64,000 bases of DNA from Amphiscolops sp. MND2022 (Eukaryota). Every line of letters starts with the position of its first letter. Within the stretch, counting starts at the first letter, position 1. The stretch is from assembly GCA_964187785.1 (NCBI GenBank), contig OZ076409.1, forward strand, positions 25,608,001 to 25,672,000. Direction: 5' to 3'. The notes under the pieces were generated by a model. That model saw only the letters and a program-made list of their open reading frames with translations. It searched no databases and was not told the origin of the DNA. Both the position numbers and the translations under genes were made by a program. Below, one piece after another: positions 1-14,371 of this stretch.

Positions 1-1230
1 GGACATTTTGCGAGCACCTTCACGGTGCGGTACAGCCCCAGGCTCTACCTCTATCGTGTGTTTAGCAATGGTACAGCGGCCGATGTCAGCCTTACGCTTC
101 ATGAATAGGTCGTCGAACTCGTTAAGAATGTTGTCCAAGGACTCGCAGGCGCTAGCGCCCCAGAGCTTCTTAACCTCTTGCAATTGAGAATCTGGCCCAG
201 GGATCGGGGCCAATAGGTCCGGGTCAGTGCGCTTACGAATCTCGCGCTCCGAAAGCCCCGCTTCACTTGGATCCGTCGAAGACAAAAACTCAAATTCAGA
301 CGAAGAAGTCAACACAGAAACAGTAAATAGAATCATTTCACTGTACATTTTATAAACAAAATTTGCTCGACCGTTGTCGGCTTCAGTTTCATGGTCAGTT
401 TTTGCAGTAGCGTCCAGATTTTGGGGCACAGCCTGATATACTAAGGACACAGGCACTACCGTGCCCAGGTGGGCACCACATCGTACACGCTGCTGGTTGC
501 TGGTGAGGTTTATCAGACTCACGTACAATGTTCCTGTCTCACTGACAGTGGCCACGCTGTCCTCTAAAAAGATGGTATTTTGCAACAGGGGGTCAGACAA
601 CGAGGCGTTAAGCGCCACAGTCTGAAAAATTAGTGGTTCAAGCGCGTCAGTGACGAGCTTAGCCTTTGCCACTGTACGCTCGAAAGGCTGTAGGACCAAA
701 TCACTGTCCAGAGCAACGGGAGTAGTTAGCGAAGCGTCCCCTACCTGGGTGTGTGCATGATGCCAGACTGGTTTCACTGGCGCTCGCACCACTATCTTCA
801 TGGAAGTTAGCTCCACCAGGTCTTGATAGGAACGGAGGAAGTTTCGACCCAACAGGAAGTCCTCCACACCCATTGCGTCATCTACCACGACAAAGTTGGT
901 TTCGAGTTCATACCCTCCCAATTGGAAGCGAACTTGCTCAGCTAACCCGGAGGTCTTTATCGTCTTCCCATTGGCGGCGTACAAGTCAATTTGATAGGGT
1001 TTCAGGACCGCACCTGTCCGTGCAGCTATCCGATTAAAGGCGGAGAAGGTCAATATCGACACGCCTGAACCAGTATCTACCAAACCTCGCAGTGGGATAG
1101 GCGCCGCATGGGGCACCACAAAGGAGACAACAAGCGACGCACGCTCGTCTATTCGCGCTTCTCCAGTGGGTTCTTGGTGATTGATATTGTAGCACTTCAG
1201 CTCTTGAGGTCCCAAGCACAGGCGGGGGGG
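1..1230 (-). pseudogene. pol: pol 5' part: retropepsin protease and start of reverse transcriptase (partial, open to the window edge)
   Basis: Hand translation of the frame after the G-run at ~1221-1233 gives ...LRGLVDTGSGVSILT...LYAANGKTI...DFLLGRNFL... and ...FDDLFMKRKADIGRCTIAKHTIEVEPGAVPHREGARKMS. No stop before position 1, so it is missing from the ORF track. DTG codons at 1069-1077. Confidence 0.8.
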
Positions 1231-4171
1231 GGGAATACATCAACCACCACGCAGGCTTCGAACTTCACGTCTACGCCGTCCATCGTTGCACAGACTGGTA
1301 CTGGAGAGTACGTAGTCAAGGTTTCTGACTCTCCAGGGACGTACCACTGTTTTGGGCGGGGTAACTCCATCCGTTTGTAGAGGATTGATAGCTCAACCCA
1401 GAGTTTCGCCAAAAATAGCGTTGGTCTACGCACTTGCTCGGCGGCCAACATCAGATGAATCGAGATCAACGTTCGCCCCTGTGGATCGAACGTGGTAGGC
1501 TCCAGGCACGTTTGGACTTGTTTTGCTCCGCACGTAACTATCAGTGGGGTATGAAACGCTGGGGGTTCTGCCGGGTGCAACATTAACACACGGTCATCCT
1601 CTAGGGGTACGGTGTGGGCGGCAACACCAGCGGATTCCACCTCAGCCCATCGATTGTAGGCCAATTCATCACTAGGCCTTGGGGCATGAGAATGTTCGCC
1701 GCATGGGACATCCACGTGATCAAAGACTCCACAGTGCGTACACTGATGAATGCCTGGACAACTCTCCAACACGCCATCGGTCACGTCTTCAGCAGTGACC
1801 TTCACACCTTCTGGCTCGGGGGCTGCCGCTGGTTTGCGAACCTGGTCGCGGGTGGGACAGTCCCGAGCAAAATGCCCAGTTTGACCACAATTGAAGCATG
1901 CGCCAACAGGTAAGCGTGCTGCGGGCTGCGCTGATGCCTGATTTGGTGGGGCATTGCTCGCACGTGGGGGAGGCATTACTCCTTGAGGCAGCACCATTTT
2001 GTTGGGGGATAGTGGTGCAAAAGGATGAGGTCTAGACCTCATCGCTAATCTGGGGTCATAGGGTTGAGGGAATTGGTTGGGTTTGGGACGATTGCGCTGC
2101 AATTGGCGGGTGGTGAAGCGAAGAGATTCCACCGTGGGTGGTTCGGTCAGGAAGACCTCTGAGGCGTACACTATAGCAAGCTCCCGCCTCAACGCTGGGT
2201 CTCGCACGCCTTCCATAAAGCGCTGCAGGATTTCGAAGCGCTTGGTAGTGATTGTCTCTTGCGGGAATCCTTGACTTCAAAGACCCTCTAGAGCGTCTAG
2301 ATACTGCATCCAGTCCTCTTTCTCATGTTGAATGCGGCTTTGGAAGGCTTGTCGTACTTGCATACGATTTCCTCCAGCACCAAAGCGGCTAGATAGCAAT
2401 TCAAACACCTTCTCGGGGTATCACGTTCGGATTCTGCTTTGTTAATGATGTAATTGCGAGCTTCACCTTCGAGGTGACCAATGATGCTCCAGGCCTGGTC
2501 CTCGGCTGAGACCATGGTTTGCGTTCTCTTCAAATACCTCTGCATAATCAGGATCCACCCATCAATGGATCCGTCTTTAGAGCCGCGATACACATTGGGT
2601 CTCGCCTGAGCCAAGTCTCTACCCACGAGCAAAGGCGCTAACTCTTTTGACATCGCCTTTGATATGGCAGCCGTGAATCTCAGCTGTTCGGGGGATATGG
2701 CTTCTCCCTCTTCGACCTTGACCTCCACCTCACGCGTCCTGTCCTGGCTGCCAAGAGTGGCTTGTATTGACAGGTCAGCGATCTCATCCTTCTTGCGGGT
2801 GCTGCTCGCACAGGGAGTGCCCGAGGGCAGTCCGTGATCGGCTGACAAGTCTGCTGTCAAGTATAAGGAGTCTGGTCCCGACATCGAAATAGGGGCTGTT
2901 GCGAACGTTTCTCCCTCGGTTTGAGAACCTAGGGTTGCCTTGGTGTTGGATAAGTCGACTTCAACCGAAGAATCAAGGTACATTGTCGACATCGGATCCA
3001 CGCCTTGATCACGGGTGGTGCCCTGGGCTGCGGAGGGCATTGATGATTCTGCCGAGTCGTGGTGTCCTCTCATCTGCACTCGTGCGGGCTTGCGCTCCGC
3101 ATCGGGCGTGGCTAGCACCAAATTTCTGGCTGCTCCTCCATCTTTTCGGGTAGCGGGCACCGCCGGCCTGGAAGTGCTAGGCTTCAACGCACTTGGCAGT
3201 TCCGGTTTCACTACCCGGCTCGGGTATGTCGGTTCCGAGACACGGACTGGGCCTCCATTCCGCACACCTTCACTTACACTGGGCTGCCGCGGGAGTGACC
3301 TCTCGCGCCTCATGACGTCAATAGCATTGAGTACCGTATGCATCTGGTTGCTCAGATCATTGATCTGCGTCTCCACGCGCAACTCGCGAGCCATCAACAT
3401 GTCATTCATCTCGCCCATTCGGTGACCTAATGTATCCACTCGAGCATTTTGCACGTTCTGCGCGGTACGCAATTGATCACTGACTTGTAGGCCCTCACGC
3501 ATCGTCGTCTGCATCACTTTGATATTTTCCACGATGGCGAGGTGTTGCTCATTGCATTCAGCACGAGTGCTGGACAGACCTGCTAAAGCCCGTTGAGTTT
3601 CGGCTTGGGCATCCAAAAACGCTGCCTTGTACACTGAAGACCGTTGCGACGAGGCCAATGAACCCGTCATGCTCCTAACACGGGACGCATCTTGAGGACG
3701 CTCGCCTGCATTCAGCATGGGTGGTCGCACCTTCTTATGCTTTCCGTAGGCACAGATCCGAATAGGTCCTCGAGTTGTCCCGAGTCCTCGCGGTTTCGCA
3801 TAACTCATACCTCCCACATAAGTGAGGTCCTGCTCCATGTCGGTCTGTGAGCCGGGTTGTGCCTCTTCAGTTGGGGGTGCGCGCGAGCACCCTTCCTCAG
3901 CCACAAATTCATTGGTTACATTCGAATTGGGCCAGCCCTCCTCCACTTCATTGGTTCTATCGCGGCAGGTTTCGTCAACCCACTGCTCGGTTCGACGCGA
4001 ATTTTCGGAAATACTCGAATTCTCGGAGGGAGAAACCATAGCGGCCAACTCCTCCTTTCGTTGTTGTTCAATGGTGACCTCATCAGACATGTCGTCTGAA
4101 AAACGCGAACTATCCACCGTGACCCATGATCGCGAACATGTATGGGACACCGCCATTAGTTTAGTGGCCAA
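1197..4171 (-). pseudogene. gag: gag (coiled-coil, capsid-like region, CCHC zinc knuckle), disrupted
   Basis: ORFs 2297-4171 and 1197-2216 join through a 1-nt frameshift at ~2415 (ERDTP/EKVFELLSSRFG) and an in-frame TGA at ~2277 (LEGL*SQG). Capsid-like YRGSKDGSIDGWILIMQRYL; knuckle CFNCGQTGHFARDC. Confidence 0.8.
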
Positions 4172-6520
4172 TACGCTTATTACTAGCGATCGAGAAACCG
4201 CTCGCGATTGCTCGGAGGACTCAAATTAGGTTGCCGAAAGCACCAGGGTCTTCAATTCGAGACTCACCCCTTTGGTCGTCTCGGTGAACACTTAAGGAAA
4301 GTAATGTTCTTTAACGTCCGGGATTTTTCGAAATGCGTTCTAGGGCTCGTAGGCTGTTCAAATTTGCACAGCGCCTTCCCACAAGCACACTGGGCCGGAA
4401 AATCAACCTGGTTTGGGGCAAAAAGTCTCCAGTCACTCACAGGAAGAATTTCAAAGAATTTTTGGATTTTCCAAAATTCGCGCTGCAACACTCCAGAGAC
4501 TCGTGCGTGCGCTGGAAGCGCTGTATCAAGCCCAAAACTGACCAGCAAATCTTTGGTACGCGTAGGTTTACGAAAATGAGCACAGTTTTGAGCTGCGCCC
4601 CTTCTACACAGTTTCACCTGGGTACAGACGTGCGGTACCACTATGTACTGAGATGCACTGTTTTTCACGTCTTTTTCAAGATTGCGGTCCACTGGAAAGA
4701 GCTAGCAAGCTCAAATTCTCTGCAGCAACGTAAGAACTAGCACAAATTACAATGGTGGTCTGCAATATAGCCCCACCCGTCGGCTGAGGTACCCGGGTTA
4801 CTTGGAAAAATTAAGAAAAAACTGCCTTTTTGGACACCTTTTTGGGTGCCGCGTTTTTCCTATTTTCTCGACAAGTATCACACAGATCGTCACCAAACAT
4901 GGTAGTCTATGCCAGTGGGCACCTAAAATGCCACTGATATGGTCGAATTGAAGCGCGAGCGCTTATTTGAGGTTTCGACTTCTTATGGACGTTACACGCG
5001 AAAAAACACTGTTTTTGACGACTTTTTTCACAAATTGACCAAGAGGATCACCTCAGAAAGTGATACGGCGGGCAAAATGGGACCAACGTGTTGCCCCACT
5101 ATCCGTAGCACTGGGATAAACCCTCAATCGGTTGTGCCCGTTAAGTATAAGGCACTGACAGTCCTGCAGTTTTGGATTTTTTCGGTCCTTTTACGCTTCT
5201 CTGAAGTCGAAACGTCAGAGAGCTTTTCTCGACTTTGGTGACCGATACGCTCACCAAATTTTCGGCACTAACGTTAATTTTGGTGGTGATTACGAAAACA
5301 CAACCACTTTTTGGCTAGGGTTCAGGGATCTATGACCCGACCCTAACTCAGAGACAGTCCGGTTTTGTGGAAAATTGATCAAATCCAGTGCGTTTTTCCA
5401 CTTAAATACTGCTCGAAAATGCCAAAAATCACAAGTTTTTCGCACTGTATCAGCCCCAGGCTGCCTGAGTCCGCTACAAAAGTTGCAATTAGTATCCTGA
5501 GGGTCAACTACACTTGGGGCAATGCCGTACACTGCCGTTTGGCACTTCCATACTCGTGTACGTTCACATTTTAGGTGCCTTTTTGGCCAAATTTCCACTT
5601 TTTCCACATTTTTTGGCATCAAATTGGCACTTTTATCACAACAAAGGCAACAATTCCGCCTTCCGTGCCTTGCGCCGGCTTTCTCGAGCCTTGCAGCTGC
5701 TTTTTCAAAACTTTTCACCAAGTTTTCCTGGCTTCTTTGAGCACTAGTGCTCGAAACCAAGAAAAACACCAAAAAAAACGCAAAAATGAGGTTTTTTCTC
5801 CAAGTGCTATCTTTTTCACAGAAAAGCACTTCATAGGGTGTCGTTACATTTATGGTAGAACGTTACTGACCTGCACCAACGATTCCCCGTCGACAAAGGT
5901 GTATTTTCAAAATTTTTGCCAACGATACTCCATCTGAGCGACACATCTGTTCATAGGGGGTGCATCTTCGCCACGTTATTTCTCCACATCCAGACCAGAT
6001 AGAAACATGCGGGTAGGATCAATAGCACCGTCTGTCGTTGCACTTGCTGTCCACCAAAAACCATGCCTCTAGGACGTCTCCACGAGAAATGGGAATAGGA
6101 AGTAGGCAACACAAGATTTGTCCCCTCCTTCGCCTCGCTGGACTATGTTCAACCATCCATCCGCTACCCTCTTGCATGGCATAAAATGGCTGAAAATAGC
6201 TCAAAAAACCTGTTAGACACCCGTAGCCACGTGCTACGGTCCTCTGCACCTGCAAAAAGGTACCCGGTGATGGGTATACAACACATCACACAAAAAGAGC
6301 GATTTCCTTCTAAAATGCCCAAAAATACCATTTTCGCACCTGAAAACACAATTTCTTCGGCATTTTCTCTGGTTCAACGCCTCTCCCAGTTCCAGTAAGA
6401 CGTAATACGACTTAAAAAAGTAAAACTCGGCTTCTCTCCTTTCCAGAGTCGAAACGGGCTTGGCGCTGATCACCAGGGGGCCAGATCTTTTAAAAACAGC
6501 TAGGGAAAGTTTCCCTAGAC

Positions 6521-6539
6521 GATCCCTCTGTGGTCGCCA
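6521..6539 (-). other. Primer-binding site, probably tRNA-Arg
   Basis: Minus strand TGGCGACCACAGAGGGATC is complementary to a tRNA 3' end ...GAUCCCUCUGUGGUCGCCA, which resembles animal tRNA-Arg(UCG). tRNA identity is from recall. Confidence 0.6.
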
Positions 6540-6544
6540 AAAAA

Positions 6545-7536
6545 TGAGGTTCTATGTAACGATAAGCGCTGGCGCTTGAACCGTAACCTAGAGTGGAGGA
6601 ACTAGAACAGCGAATATAATCTGGGACCTAGATCTCCGCGGCCCTAGCTCATTTTCCCTCCGAAGGAGCCAGTCCCAAGTTGGGGGAACCGTCTTGTTGG
6701 ATACTCTCTGGCCTGGTCCTAGTCTGTAACTGCTAAAAGTAACAGGCATCTTGCATGACTCAAGACCACTGCTCAACTAGCCTTTAAAAATTGGGCTGAA
6801 AATCGGTGAAGGTTGAACCGTAATATTGGAGAATCTGATAAAATCGCCAAGTTGGATAAACAGATGTTAAATAACAGCTCTCGAGCATATTAATTTATCA
6901 CATTGAAGAATACAACAAGAAATCAAGAGTTCAGAGTCATTTGATGGAAATTGACCTCAGCTTCCCAGCGCTAGCGCTAGTTGCCACACAGGATACCGCA
7001 GGAACACTCAGGCGAACATCTGGAACACTGGTTTTCTCTACTGTAGTAACGGTAATCTCCTAGAGATGGACACTATACCGTGTTCTGTATACGCTGGGGA
7101 CGTCTCTCTAGTCGTCTCCGGTGCTTGTTCGTCGCGAGCGGCGATTTCTGATTTTTTGGGGTGCTTTTTCTGACAGGTACTTCGTCTTGAGCATGTTTGA
7201 GTGCCACGTCAAATTTAAACGAATTTTTGACAAAATTTCTGAACATGTCGGTTGATATTGCTGTACCAGAGCTTGCCGTTACAACAAGCTGCTCACGGAA
7301 CACCGGAGAAAACACTACCAGACAATGGACGGATAACCGGACGCAACGACACAATGGACAGCAACGGACAAGAATACCCATTGGATGATTCTCATCCAAT
7401 CAAAGAAGGAGGAATGAAGTAGACTGTTGATAAACAACTTTATATCAATCACCGTTGCTATTTTTAGTTTGAACTTATTATCATTATTGTTTACTAACAA
7501 CTACATAACCCTTAATCAAAAGGTGATATCATTACA
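6545..7536 (-). repeat. Putative 5' LTR of the left retrotransposon
   Basis: Adjoins the PBS and is bounded by TG (6545) and a candidate ...ATTACA (7536) near where composition returns to AT-rich. The partner LTR is outside the window, so the ends are unverified. Confidence 0.35.
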
Positions 7537-10500
7537 GTAAACTTTCAGCTAGAGTAAACATTGATCTTACCTTCTTTTCTCGAGCCTATCTTAGAATTAC
7601 TTCAGTCATGGTAATCTAATGACAGAAAGCACTGGGTGTGCCAAGAAAAAAATAGTTTGGAACATTCGGATCTCCATTTTTTTTGCCATCGATGGAGCTT
7701 TGGCAGTTTGTTAATCATTCAAAATAGCATCTGCGTTAGAATTTTTTCGATTTGAAACATCTATACAAAATAGCATCATAACGGCATGAACGTTTCTGGT
7801 TTCGGTTATGCAATTATAGGTTCATTTTGAATGATTGACAGCAAAGTTTGACCAGCGTTAAGTTGTTTGTTGACACACAATGCAATTTTGAGGCACAGAA
7901 GTTTTTTGGAATCCGTTTTATTGGGTCATCTAGTGTACTCGCCCGCAAAAAAAAACCGTAAAGGTATTTTCCAGTTTTTTTGGTATAATTTTCAATTTCA
8001 TGCCGAAAAGGAATCAAGTGAAATTTTTAATTACTTCAAAAAATTCAGATTGAAAGTCTTCTTAGAATTTGTGATTAAAATTCTCTTTTTTTAATTGCGT
8101 TGTGACATCAACATCACCTGAAAAGCGTTTAGATGAAACTCAGTGTTCTATCGGGGTATAACGAAAATTCCAATAACTGTAACAAAGAAAATTGTTTGAC
8201 AAAGACCATACTCATTGAAATAGTCTAAAAGTGGTTCTCTTGACCCTAACTGAAATAGAAAATTTCCGCATCTAAACAAAAAATTGGTGCTTGAACCGCA
8301 ACATCTCCTAAACTATTCAAGTCCAACAAACGATTAATAGCGCGTTCGATAGACGAGATCAAAGGCTTCCAAATCAATTTTGAACAGCTGGGCTGGGGGC
8401 CCGCTAGGTGCTCCGGACTTCGCGCCAAAACTTTGCACGCCTGGTGTTTCTGACTGCATTTCAGCATATTTCAAAACATACTACAGCCACTTCGACACAA
8501 TCTTGATACCAGTGGGATAAAGTGGCCATAAATGAAAACTGGAAAAACGGAAAATCTGCGCTCCTTTTAAAAATTTTTTGGTCCCGTTTTCTTGATTTCG
8601 GAGACATCATGTCAATATTCCGTGAAAAGACGTGCAATCCTATGTAAATTCGTCTGAAAATCTTATTCACGAGTTTTCTCTATCATACTGTCAGTTGGTA
8701 TGTTTAGAAGTTTGTAAAACCTACTTGGTTTGATTTCGTACCATGGTTAGTTTATGGTTAACGCTTCAACTAAAGTCATTAATGAACTTGCGCTTGGAAT
8801 CTTTTGATATTCTCTGGGTTGATGCAGTTTTAGTCTTGGAGAAAAGTATATCAAAGATGATATCGACAAATAGCGTGCTAGTGTAAAAAAATTCCTCAAA
8901 TTCCAATCTCGTAACCACCCTAGTCGAAACTACTTGAACGTTTTTTTATCCTGTTTGGAACATAGACTGAAACTTTTTAAATAAAAGACAGAAACCCAGG
9001 CGGTATTCAACAAAAAATTCCTGAACTTCTCCTTCTCGGCAGCTTTAAAAAACCCGGCAATATTCTACTGTGCTTTGAAAACAAGTCCATGCGCCATTAA
9101 GTTTTAAGAAAAGTAACAAGCAATGCAATGAAAAAAAGGAAGAGAAGCATTCATTCGAACAGAATTCCCTGCGAAACTTCTCCACCAGCTGAAACTTCAA
9201 ATAAAGCAGAGAAAACTCCAAACAAAAAAAAACATAGGCGCAACGGAGCTTTGCGCTCGCGGTAAAAGCGGGGCCACATCAACCGGCACGGAAAACCTAT
9301 GAAAAGCTTAACAGATACACCTAACGGCGACGCGATTTGCGAACTGATAGAAATCGCGGCATTACAGTGCACAGGCAAGCTATTTTGCTGCTTGTCGTGG
9401 AATCCGGGACAAAAAACATTTTTGAGCGAATAGAATTTCGCCAGTAAGCTTTTCAAAAATACTTTCTGAAAATAAACAAACTTTCGAAAATTAACGGCTA
9501 GTTTCCCTGTAAGAGAAAGAAAACACATGATATCCGCAGCTCTTTTCGTAACATTGATTCCCATAATTTTCGAGACGATTACGTTTTGAAGGATTTATGT
9601 TGCTCCCTGTCCTTTTATAAAAATTTTGAAAAAGTCTTCCATGAATTAACAGTCATTTTATCAGTGCCAGAGATGTTATTGGAGACACACATTACATGAA
9701 CACTTGCAGGGCCTCTTGGTGCCTTGTTTCCCGTAACCGAGCCAAAAACTTCCTCATTGGAGCATTTATTTTGCAGAGAAAACTTTTATCAGAAACGTTG
9801 TAGGTTTTTTTTCGAAACTCAACAGCCGATTTTTCCGTTACGGAAACTTTTCCCAATACACAAGTTACATGAAACTTCGCAGGGGTTCTGGTTACTTCAA
9901 GTCATACAATTTTCACGCTAATTGGTAAAGTCTAGACGTCGAAATTCCACTAAATGCAAACAATGTCCTCTAATCCAAAATTTTCTGACGACAATTAAAA
10001 CTTACACTGTGGCCAAGTGCGACCTTGCGGAGTTTTTTTTCAAAACAGAACGTTCGTAATACTGTGCTTTGAGAGGTCACTTTTAAACGGAAGAATAAAC
10101 AACATGTCGAAAATAGCTTCGAGACAAAAATTCAATGGTCTGCAGAAGGTGCTACAGTTTGTGTTGTTTGTGTATAATCAAATGCCTTAGAACCATTTGA
10201 ACTGGAAACAAGACGCCCGCTGAGCAGCGAGATATTTTCCGCCTCGAACTGTTCTGAAACAACATAAATTTGAGGTTCAAGAATAGCAAATGCTCTGTAA
10301 AAATGCTGAGAGGTTCGAAGAAAAAAGCTGTGATCCATCTTTGCCCATTTTTGAAGGAAGCTCCTACTTTATTACTTCTGCGATAGCTGGCAAGTTTTCG
10401 TTTTTTCGGCACTATGCAACTTACCGAGTAAAAGAAATTTTTCGTTTTTCCGGAAAGATTCTTCGAAAAACATTTTTCGAAATTTCTAGTTTTTGAGGTT

Positions 10501-12299
10501 TTCTGTGAAGGAAATAAGTTTCCCGAGTTTTGAGGGTGACCTCTTTGTTACTTTTGATCAGGTGGAACTGATGAGGTTTTCATTGATTGTGGAAAATACC
10601 TCATTTCGATTTTTTTTCAGCTCTGTGCATCTTTCCGATATTTTCAATTGGTCGAAGGGTACCTCCTTGTTTTCATAGCTGATTTCAGCAAGAGAAAGGT
10701 AGTTTGTGAGCTGAAATTTGTATCGCCATCAAAGGTCTTTACCGAAAACAAAATTGAAAAAATTGGCTTTTTGAGATTCCTGTTGGGGAAAGAATGGACT
10801 CCGAGACTCAGGCGTATTTCTTGGCGCAATTTTTTGCACTGAGAAAATGGTAAAATCTTGAAACTAGGTCATTTGCAAGTTTAGAAAACTTGAGCGGTCC
10901 AAGGTTGTTGTATTATTGCACATAGTTATACCAGAAGTGTCAAAAAATGGAAATTTTTTCGAAAACTGTGGGATCAATTTGAGGAACTTTTCTTACATGA
11001 ATCAACACATGTCTCTTCACAAATAAGCCTACTGGACACCGATTTTAGTTGTTGTTGAATGCTCAGACCATTCTAACCCACTCTACTAGCTCGAAACTTT
11101 TTCCTTTGGAAGGTATATTCGGTATCTAGTGATTTTGCTTGGAGCTTAATTTATATTGAATGTTTGACAAATAAGGTCAAAATTTACAATTTCAACTAAA
11201 GTTTATGTTGTGCCAATGACCTTGTCTGATATCTTTTCGAAACACTACTTGTAGCTACACGTTTCAACCTTGAGCCTATGGGTTTTCTGATTGAAGTAAT
11301 GTTTCGGAAAGTGTCGAAAAGTGGGACTATATTGTCGGAAATTGAGTAAAATCAGAACTTTTGACACCTTTGTTGTAAACTCGACGACTATCTGCTTACT
11401 TTTTTCCCAACTTGCGTTTTGAATGCCCTATTGTTTCAACGCTCGGGTCAATGGAAGTTCTCTATTCTACGAGCAATTTTGTAGTTTGAACAAGTATTGG
11501 GAATAATTTGTCGAAAAACGTGCCTTTTTGTTCAATCAATATTGGGTGCTCTGAGGCCAATTCCAACAAAAATTTTCAATGATATCTTTCAAAATAGCCT
11601 ACTGGATAACAAGAGTAGTCCTTGTTGAGCCTTTAAAACTTTCTATGCAAGGTAGTAGCTCAAAAATTGTACAAAAAACTGCCCAAAAAAATTTTAAAAA
11701 ACTTGAAATTCTCAATGTTTGCCATTTTGGACCTTCCTGAAGAAACTCTCTGCCAAAAAATGTAAATTTTTCATTTAAAAACATGCTGTGGACGTAATTC
11801 AATCTTTTGGAGCTCTTTGAAGCTTTTATCTTACCAAAAGCTTCCAATCTCAAATTAAAATTAACTGAAAATGCCAGGAATCGTCAAAAATTTTGACATT
11901 TTTAGCTTTTCGCGGTCAATTTTGATACTTTTTCTCGACCGAAGTCTGCAAAGACTTCTTTAAGGGCCGACAGAAGTATGAGTTGAATCTTTGTTGAACG
12001 TTTACTATCATTCTGATTCCAAAACGTTTCAAAAAGTAGACATAGGTTGTACACAAACGAAGATGTTGAATGTTTTTTGGACTATTTGGAGTCATTCTGA
12101 AGTGTTTTTGAAGCAAAACGCTGAAACGTTCTCTTCAAAAAATGTAATCCATAGCTCGTTCTTTCGTTGTTGATTGTGTTGGAACCTTTGACGAAAAATC
12201 TCGGAAATTCAACAGAAATTGCATCAAAAACGACAAAATCTTCGAATTTTTCGACAATTTCAGGATCAATTTGGAGAAATTGAAATTATCTCTTGGCGA

Positions 12300-13530
12300 A
12301 AGTTCACAAAAACAATAATTTCCCCATTGTTTAGGGGTTTTACCATTGTAGTCTACGAATTCTATCGACAGTTTGACAAAAAATGAACAAAAATAGTAAA
12401 AATAGGAAAGTTTTTGAACTTTTGTCTTTTTCGATGTCAATTCCAGACACTTTTTATTTACAAAACTGCATTTATCTCTCCACTAAGCTAACTGGATATT
12501 TAATTCACTCCTTGTGGATTCGATCCAACATTCCAATTTCCGAAGTTTGTCGAAAATTCGAAAAAAAACTTCATAAAATCTTTGAAACTTAAAAATTTTG
12601 GGGTTTTTGTCAATTTCGGTGTCAAATTCAGACTCTCTTCAAATAAAAAACTGACTTTATCTCATCTTGAAAGACTACTGGACAACGTGTTGCTACCTTG
12701 GTGAACGTTTTCAACATTTCAATTCTCGAAGACTGTCGAAATTGTGAGAGAAAATTCATAAAAACTTGAAAAATTGGTAAACTTTGAATATTTTTGTCAT
12801 TTTTGTTGCTATTTTGAGAAATTTTTTGATTAGAAAACTGCAATAAACTCTTCAAAAAGGCCTACTGGACTAAAATTTTTTCCTTGCTGACGTTTCTCAA
12901 CATTCCAATCCACGAATTTGGTCAAAAATTTTACAAAAAGTGCGTAAAAACTGTGAAAAACGAAAAGTTTTGAGTTTTTGTCATTTTCGGTGTCAATTTG
13001 AGACTTTTTTCAATTGATAAACAGCAGTTATCTTTCCGGAAAAGCCTAGTAGACAACCAATTTGTCCCAGGTTGTGCGTTTTCAAGATTCTAATCCTCGA
13101 ACTCTGTCGAACATTTGACAAAAGTTGCGTTAAAATTATGAAAATTGTAAAATTTTTGGTTTTTTGTAACATTCGGTGACAATTTTAGATATTTTTCATT
13201 TAGAAAATAGCCATTATCTCTTCACAAAAATTTACTGGACAATGAATTTGTGCCATTTTCAGCGTTTTCAACATTTTAATCCACGAAGTCTATCACAAAT
13301 TCGACAAAAATTGCATAAAAATAAATTGTTGAAAAGCGGAAATTTTTTTGGTTTTTTGTCATTTTTGTTTTCTATTCGAGATCTTTTTCATTTGCAAAAC
13401 AGCGATTATCTCACTAAAGGAGACTACTGGACAACGATTTCGTGTTTTGTTGAACGTTTTCAAAATTCTAATTCACGATATCTATCAGAAAACTGCATTG
13501 ATACCTCAAAAACTGACATTTTTTGCAATC
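12300..13530. repeat. Degenerate tandem repeat, unit about 185 bp
   Basis: CTACTGGACAAC-like motif recurs at ~12490, 12674, 12861, 13044, 13233 and 13424, each followed by GTTTTCAACATT- and TTTTTGTCATTTT-like blocks. Older copies at ~11030 and ~11600. Confidence 0.65.
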
Positions 13531-14371
13531 TTTCTTTTTTTGGGGTCATTCTGGGGTTCTTGGGGTCAACTAAAAAGTCCAGAATTCTCCACAATATATA
13601 TCGCACCAAGCTAAATTTTTGTGAGTTGGATTCTATGAGTAACACCCATAAAGGCAAATTCAGTTTCGGTGAAATTAATTGTTGGAAAAATTTGTAAAAA
13701 AAACCGTTTGATTTAAATATTTTCCTTTCCCATATGAAGTATGGGCGGAAAATAAAAAGGTTCTTTTAGGCAGTAACACGCAGTCGTCATACTTCATTAC
13801 AAAAACTTTAGATGATGTGATGATAAAAGAACAAGGCCAATCCTCGTCATACATTCTGAGGAAGAACGGTTTCCATATCTATTTTCAGGTCCGAGAAAAA
13901 GCTACACTCTCAGAAAAAAAGCTACATATTTTCCATCCACTTTTTTGCCCAAAACACTAGACTAGAACGAAAAAAACTTTAACATCATTTTTAGGCTCGC
14001 ATGTGGCCTACAGAATCTTTATACAGTTTACGAAATATATGGACACCGTGTTTGGTCTCCGTCCCGAGGTATGAGAGCTAAACGTTAAAAGAACTGAGAG
14101 AAAAAATCACTTTTGGCAGAAAAACGAAGACGTATACTTGATGACGGAAACTTTGTTGGTACAAAAACTAGACAACATTTTTGCTGTACTTTGCGAGGGA
14201 GAGTCGTTTCCATATTATTTCCAGATTTGAGAAATATGAGCTACAAAAGGGACAAAATTCAGACCATTTTTCATCCCCTTTTCAATAAATTGTCAAAAAT
14301 TGCGTTTTTTCAAAACTTCGCAAAGAAGCCGAACTTTTTTTGAACTTCTTTCCGAGGAGAATGTATCCTTA

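Larger units (their letters stand above)
1..7536 (-). mobile_element. 5' part of a degenerate Ty3/Gypsy-type LTR retrotransposon (runs off the left edge; right boundary uncertain)
   Basis: On the minus strand, in order: tRNA primer-binding site (6521-6539), long leader, gag with CCHC knuckle, aspartic protease (LVDTGS), then an RT N-terminal segment. Protease followed by RT excludes Copia order. Visibly more GC-rich than the flanks. Confidence 0.8.

Noticed and set aside
7600..12300. Numerous 60-137 aa ORFs
   Set aside because: AT-rich F/K/L-biased translations with no motifs; consistent with decayed repeats.
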